Assembly (NCBI GenBank): GCA_002772815.1
Contig: PFDQ01000022.1
Location: 1-40,824 of the forward strand
DNA from: Candidatus Peregrinibacteria bacterium CG10_big_fil_rev_8_21_14_0_10_42_8
GTDB lineage: Bacteria; Patescibacteriota; Gracilibacteria; Peribacterales; Peribacteraceae
Direction: 5' to 3'
Length of the DNA: 40,824 bases
The notes beneath the pieces were generated by a model. That model was not told the origin of the DNA, did not search any database, and worked only from the letters and a program-made list of their open reading frames with translations. Shown piece after piece: positions 39,121 to 40,824 of the stretch (positions are counted from its first letter, which is position 1; the number at the start of each line of letters is the position of its first letter). A program made the position numbers and the translations under genes.

Positions 39121-39750
39121 GTCATAACTACCGGCAGAGCCGGTAGCATGGGAAAAGCCCCTGGAAGGGGCTAGCTAAAGAGAAGTTGAGCTACCGGTTG
39201 TTATCAATACCACTTGAGATCCAGTTCAGGTCCATCGAAGAACTGATCTTTCTTCCATTGGTCTTGAACGTATTTACGAATAACATCTTCATCGACTCCA
39301 ACGGTGTTTACAAAGTATCCTCGTGACCAGAATGATTTTTGGCTAACGGATTTTTTGCGGGCAAACATGTTATGAGCCCTGACAGCTGATTTTCCTTTGA
39401 TGAATCCCATGATATACGCAACAGAATGTTTGGGTGGGATACGGAGTACAAGATGAATGTGATCAGGACATGCTGTTCCTTCAATCACCTTCACTTCCTT
39501 TTGTTTTGCTAATTCTCTGATGATTTTTCCAATCTGTATTCTTATGGTTCCGTAGAGGACTTTCTTTCTATATTTGGGTACGATGACTACGTGATATTTG
39601 CAGTCCCACACTACATGAGCTTGGGTTGTGAATGATCGCATTATTAAAGAGGTGTAATGCCTCCTTCGGGGGGCTTTTCCCTTTTCATCATAAAATAAAC
39701 GCCGGAACGGTAGAACCTACGGAAGTCTCACCGGCAGAGCCGGTGGTTTA
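39121..39750 (-). mobile_element. IS200/IS605-family IS (tnpA only), about 630 bp
   Basis: Identical subterminal hairpin ACCGGCAGAGCCGGT at 39130-39144 and 39730-39744; on the tnpA strand the right end has guide-like CATG and ends TGAC. Left boundary uncertain by a few nt. Confidence 0.85.
39204..39641 (-). CDS. tnpA: IS200-type Y1 HUH transposase
   Basis: YHVVIVPKYR, DHIH (HUH), FWSRGYFV, catalytic Tyr in KYVQDQ. Confidence 0.96.
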   Translation of the reverse strand: MRSFTTQAHVVWDCKYHVVIVPKYRKKVLYGTIRIQIGKIIRELAKQKEVKVIEGTACPDHIHLVLRIPPKHSVAYIMGFIKGKSAVRAHNMFARKKSVSQKSFWSRGYFVNTVGVDEDVIRKYVQDQWKKDQFFDGPELDLKWY

Positions 39751-39751
39751 C

Positions 39752-40777
39752 TATTTCATTATTAGAGGGACAATTTGGCGTTCAAGTGATATCGCGAAGA
39801 AAATCCCAAATAGTGTTTATAGGGGTGATTATATTTCAAATAGATACAGGCGTATTTCACTGAAACCTGAGTTATATGAAGAAAGACCTGAAGAAGATTG
39901 GATTCATATGAAAGTAGAACCATGCATAGATGATAGGCTCTTTTATATGGCTCAGGAACGATTACGGACAGACTTCAGAAGAGGTCGTGGTGGTGGCAGT
40001 GAAATATATATGCTTAAAGGTAAATTGGTAGATGTTGCGACAGGTAAGGGCTTTGTTGGATATAAAGCAGCTGATGGAAACCGTCACTATCGCAGAAAAA
40101 AGTTTACAGATGATGATGGCAATGAGTTTAAAACAATGAGTGTATCTGGAACCGTTATCGAAGATTACGCTTGGGGCTTCATCAAAGCAACAATCGAAAA
40201 ACCTGAAGAGTTTCTCCGTTTACATAAAGAATCTATGGATGATCAAACACGAAGAGAGGAGCTTATTCGACAACTGGACTTTTATGAAGAGCAGCTTTCA
40301 AAGGCAAACAATCGAATTGAGAGGACAAAAGATGCATACCTTGAAGACGAAGAGGAAATCTTAAAGGAAAGCGATGTAAAACACAGATTAACAAAATATG
40401 AAGCCCAACGAGATGAAGCTTTGATTAACAAAAAGAAGGTTGAAACAGAACTTCAACGGATTGCGCAATATGACGTAGCCTGTGAAGACCTTCGTAGATT
40501 CTCTGCAAAGTTTGAGAAGAAGCTCAATAAAGCCACATATGAGGAGAAAAAAGTGCTAGCAGATCTGCTGATAGAGAAGATTGAAGTGTGTGAAAACGAA
40601 GATGAAAGAAAGGCAATAGTTCACTTCCGATTCGACCCAAATGCCATAACGAGGGCTATCCCCGATGGTCGAAGTGATAATTCGCAAGACAAAGGAAAAA
40701 AGCCCCCATCGGGAGGGGGTGAAACTAAAGATATGGTGAAGTGTACCCCATTTGGTAGACACAGTAGAACCCCCTAA
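39752..40777 (+). pseudogene. Large serine recombinase, C-terminal part only
   Basis: W-x-x-S-x-I...NSVYRG recombinase-domain motif, EPCIDDRLF-x-x-AQ, LKGKL ribbon-like region, coiled coil, LIEKIEV. No catalytic resolvase domain. The first ~40 codons of ORF-track 39632 are IS sequence and the last ~12 codons are probably IS3-derived. Confidence 0.8.
40696..40720 (-). terminator. Antisense terminator-like hairpin inside the recombinase 3' end
   Basis: Minus strand ACCCCC-TCCCGAT-GGGGGC-TTTTTT, 13 nt downstream of a minus-strand CCA at 40734-40736. Confidence 0.55.
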
Positions 40778-40824
40778 CCCTCGACCTGGGACAACAGATA
40801 ATCTCTGTATGCAACAGGGGTCAT
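40737..40824 (+). mobile_element. Probable terminal inverted repeat and start of an IS3-family element
   Basis: TGAAGTGTACCCCATTTGGTAGACAC has the 5'-TG terminus and GACAC at IR positions 22-26, as in IS3/IS600-type ends; possible orfA ATG at 40809. The rest lies outside the window. Confidence 0.6.

Noticed and set aside
39632..39751. N-terminus of the 381-aa ORF-track protein (MIALLKRCNAS...)
   Set aside because: It is the antisense read of the tnpA start and IS left end, not part of the recombinase.
1..40824. CRISPR array, rRNA, reverse transcriptase, TnpB or recoded TGA
   Set aside because: No repeat-spacer array or such genes seen; the IS has tnpA only; conserved genes are uninterrupted in the standard code and use TGG for Trp.

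Overview
A 40.8 kb bacterial chromosome segment using the standard genetic code. Gene content suggests a Patescibacteria (CPR) genome, probably Peribacteria/Peregrinibacteria-like; this is an inference, not a search result. Housekeeping genes: tmk, folD, purF, purD, a folate/biopterin transporter, prfA, mnmA, tRNA-Leu(UAA), carB, greA, holA and a DEAD-box helicase. Other loci: a copper-resistance operon and a membrane-anchored Clp-like ATPase with a small partner gene. The cell-surface complement is rich: a sortase, a cargo-less dockerin next to a cohesin/FN3 protein and a cupredoxin-fold protein that both carry LPxTG-like signals, three SLH proteins, a TMTC-like glycosyltransferase and an animal-type haem peroxidase with DUF11 repeats. 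The right end looks like a decayed tRNA-integrated element: a tRNA 3' fragment, a truncated large serine recombinase, an IS200-type IS and one end of an IS3-family element. Best novel-system candidates: (1) a sortase-anchored cohesin-dockerin module, where the sortase appears to start at AUU and shares an N-terminal H-x-x-W-x-x-D motif with one substrate; (2) an att site inside the recombinase reading frame that would swap its C-terminus on excision. Many genes have a -10 hexamer 6-7 nt before the start codon, suggesting leaderless mRNAs. All family calls come from motif recognition by eye; no database search was run.
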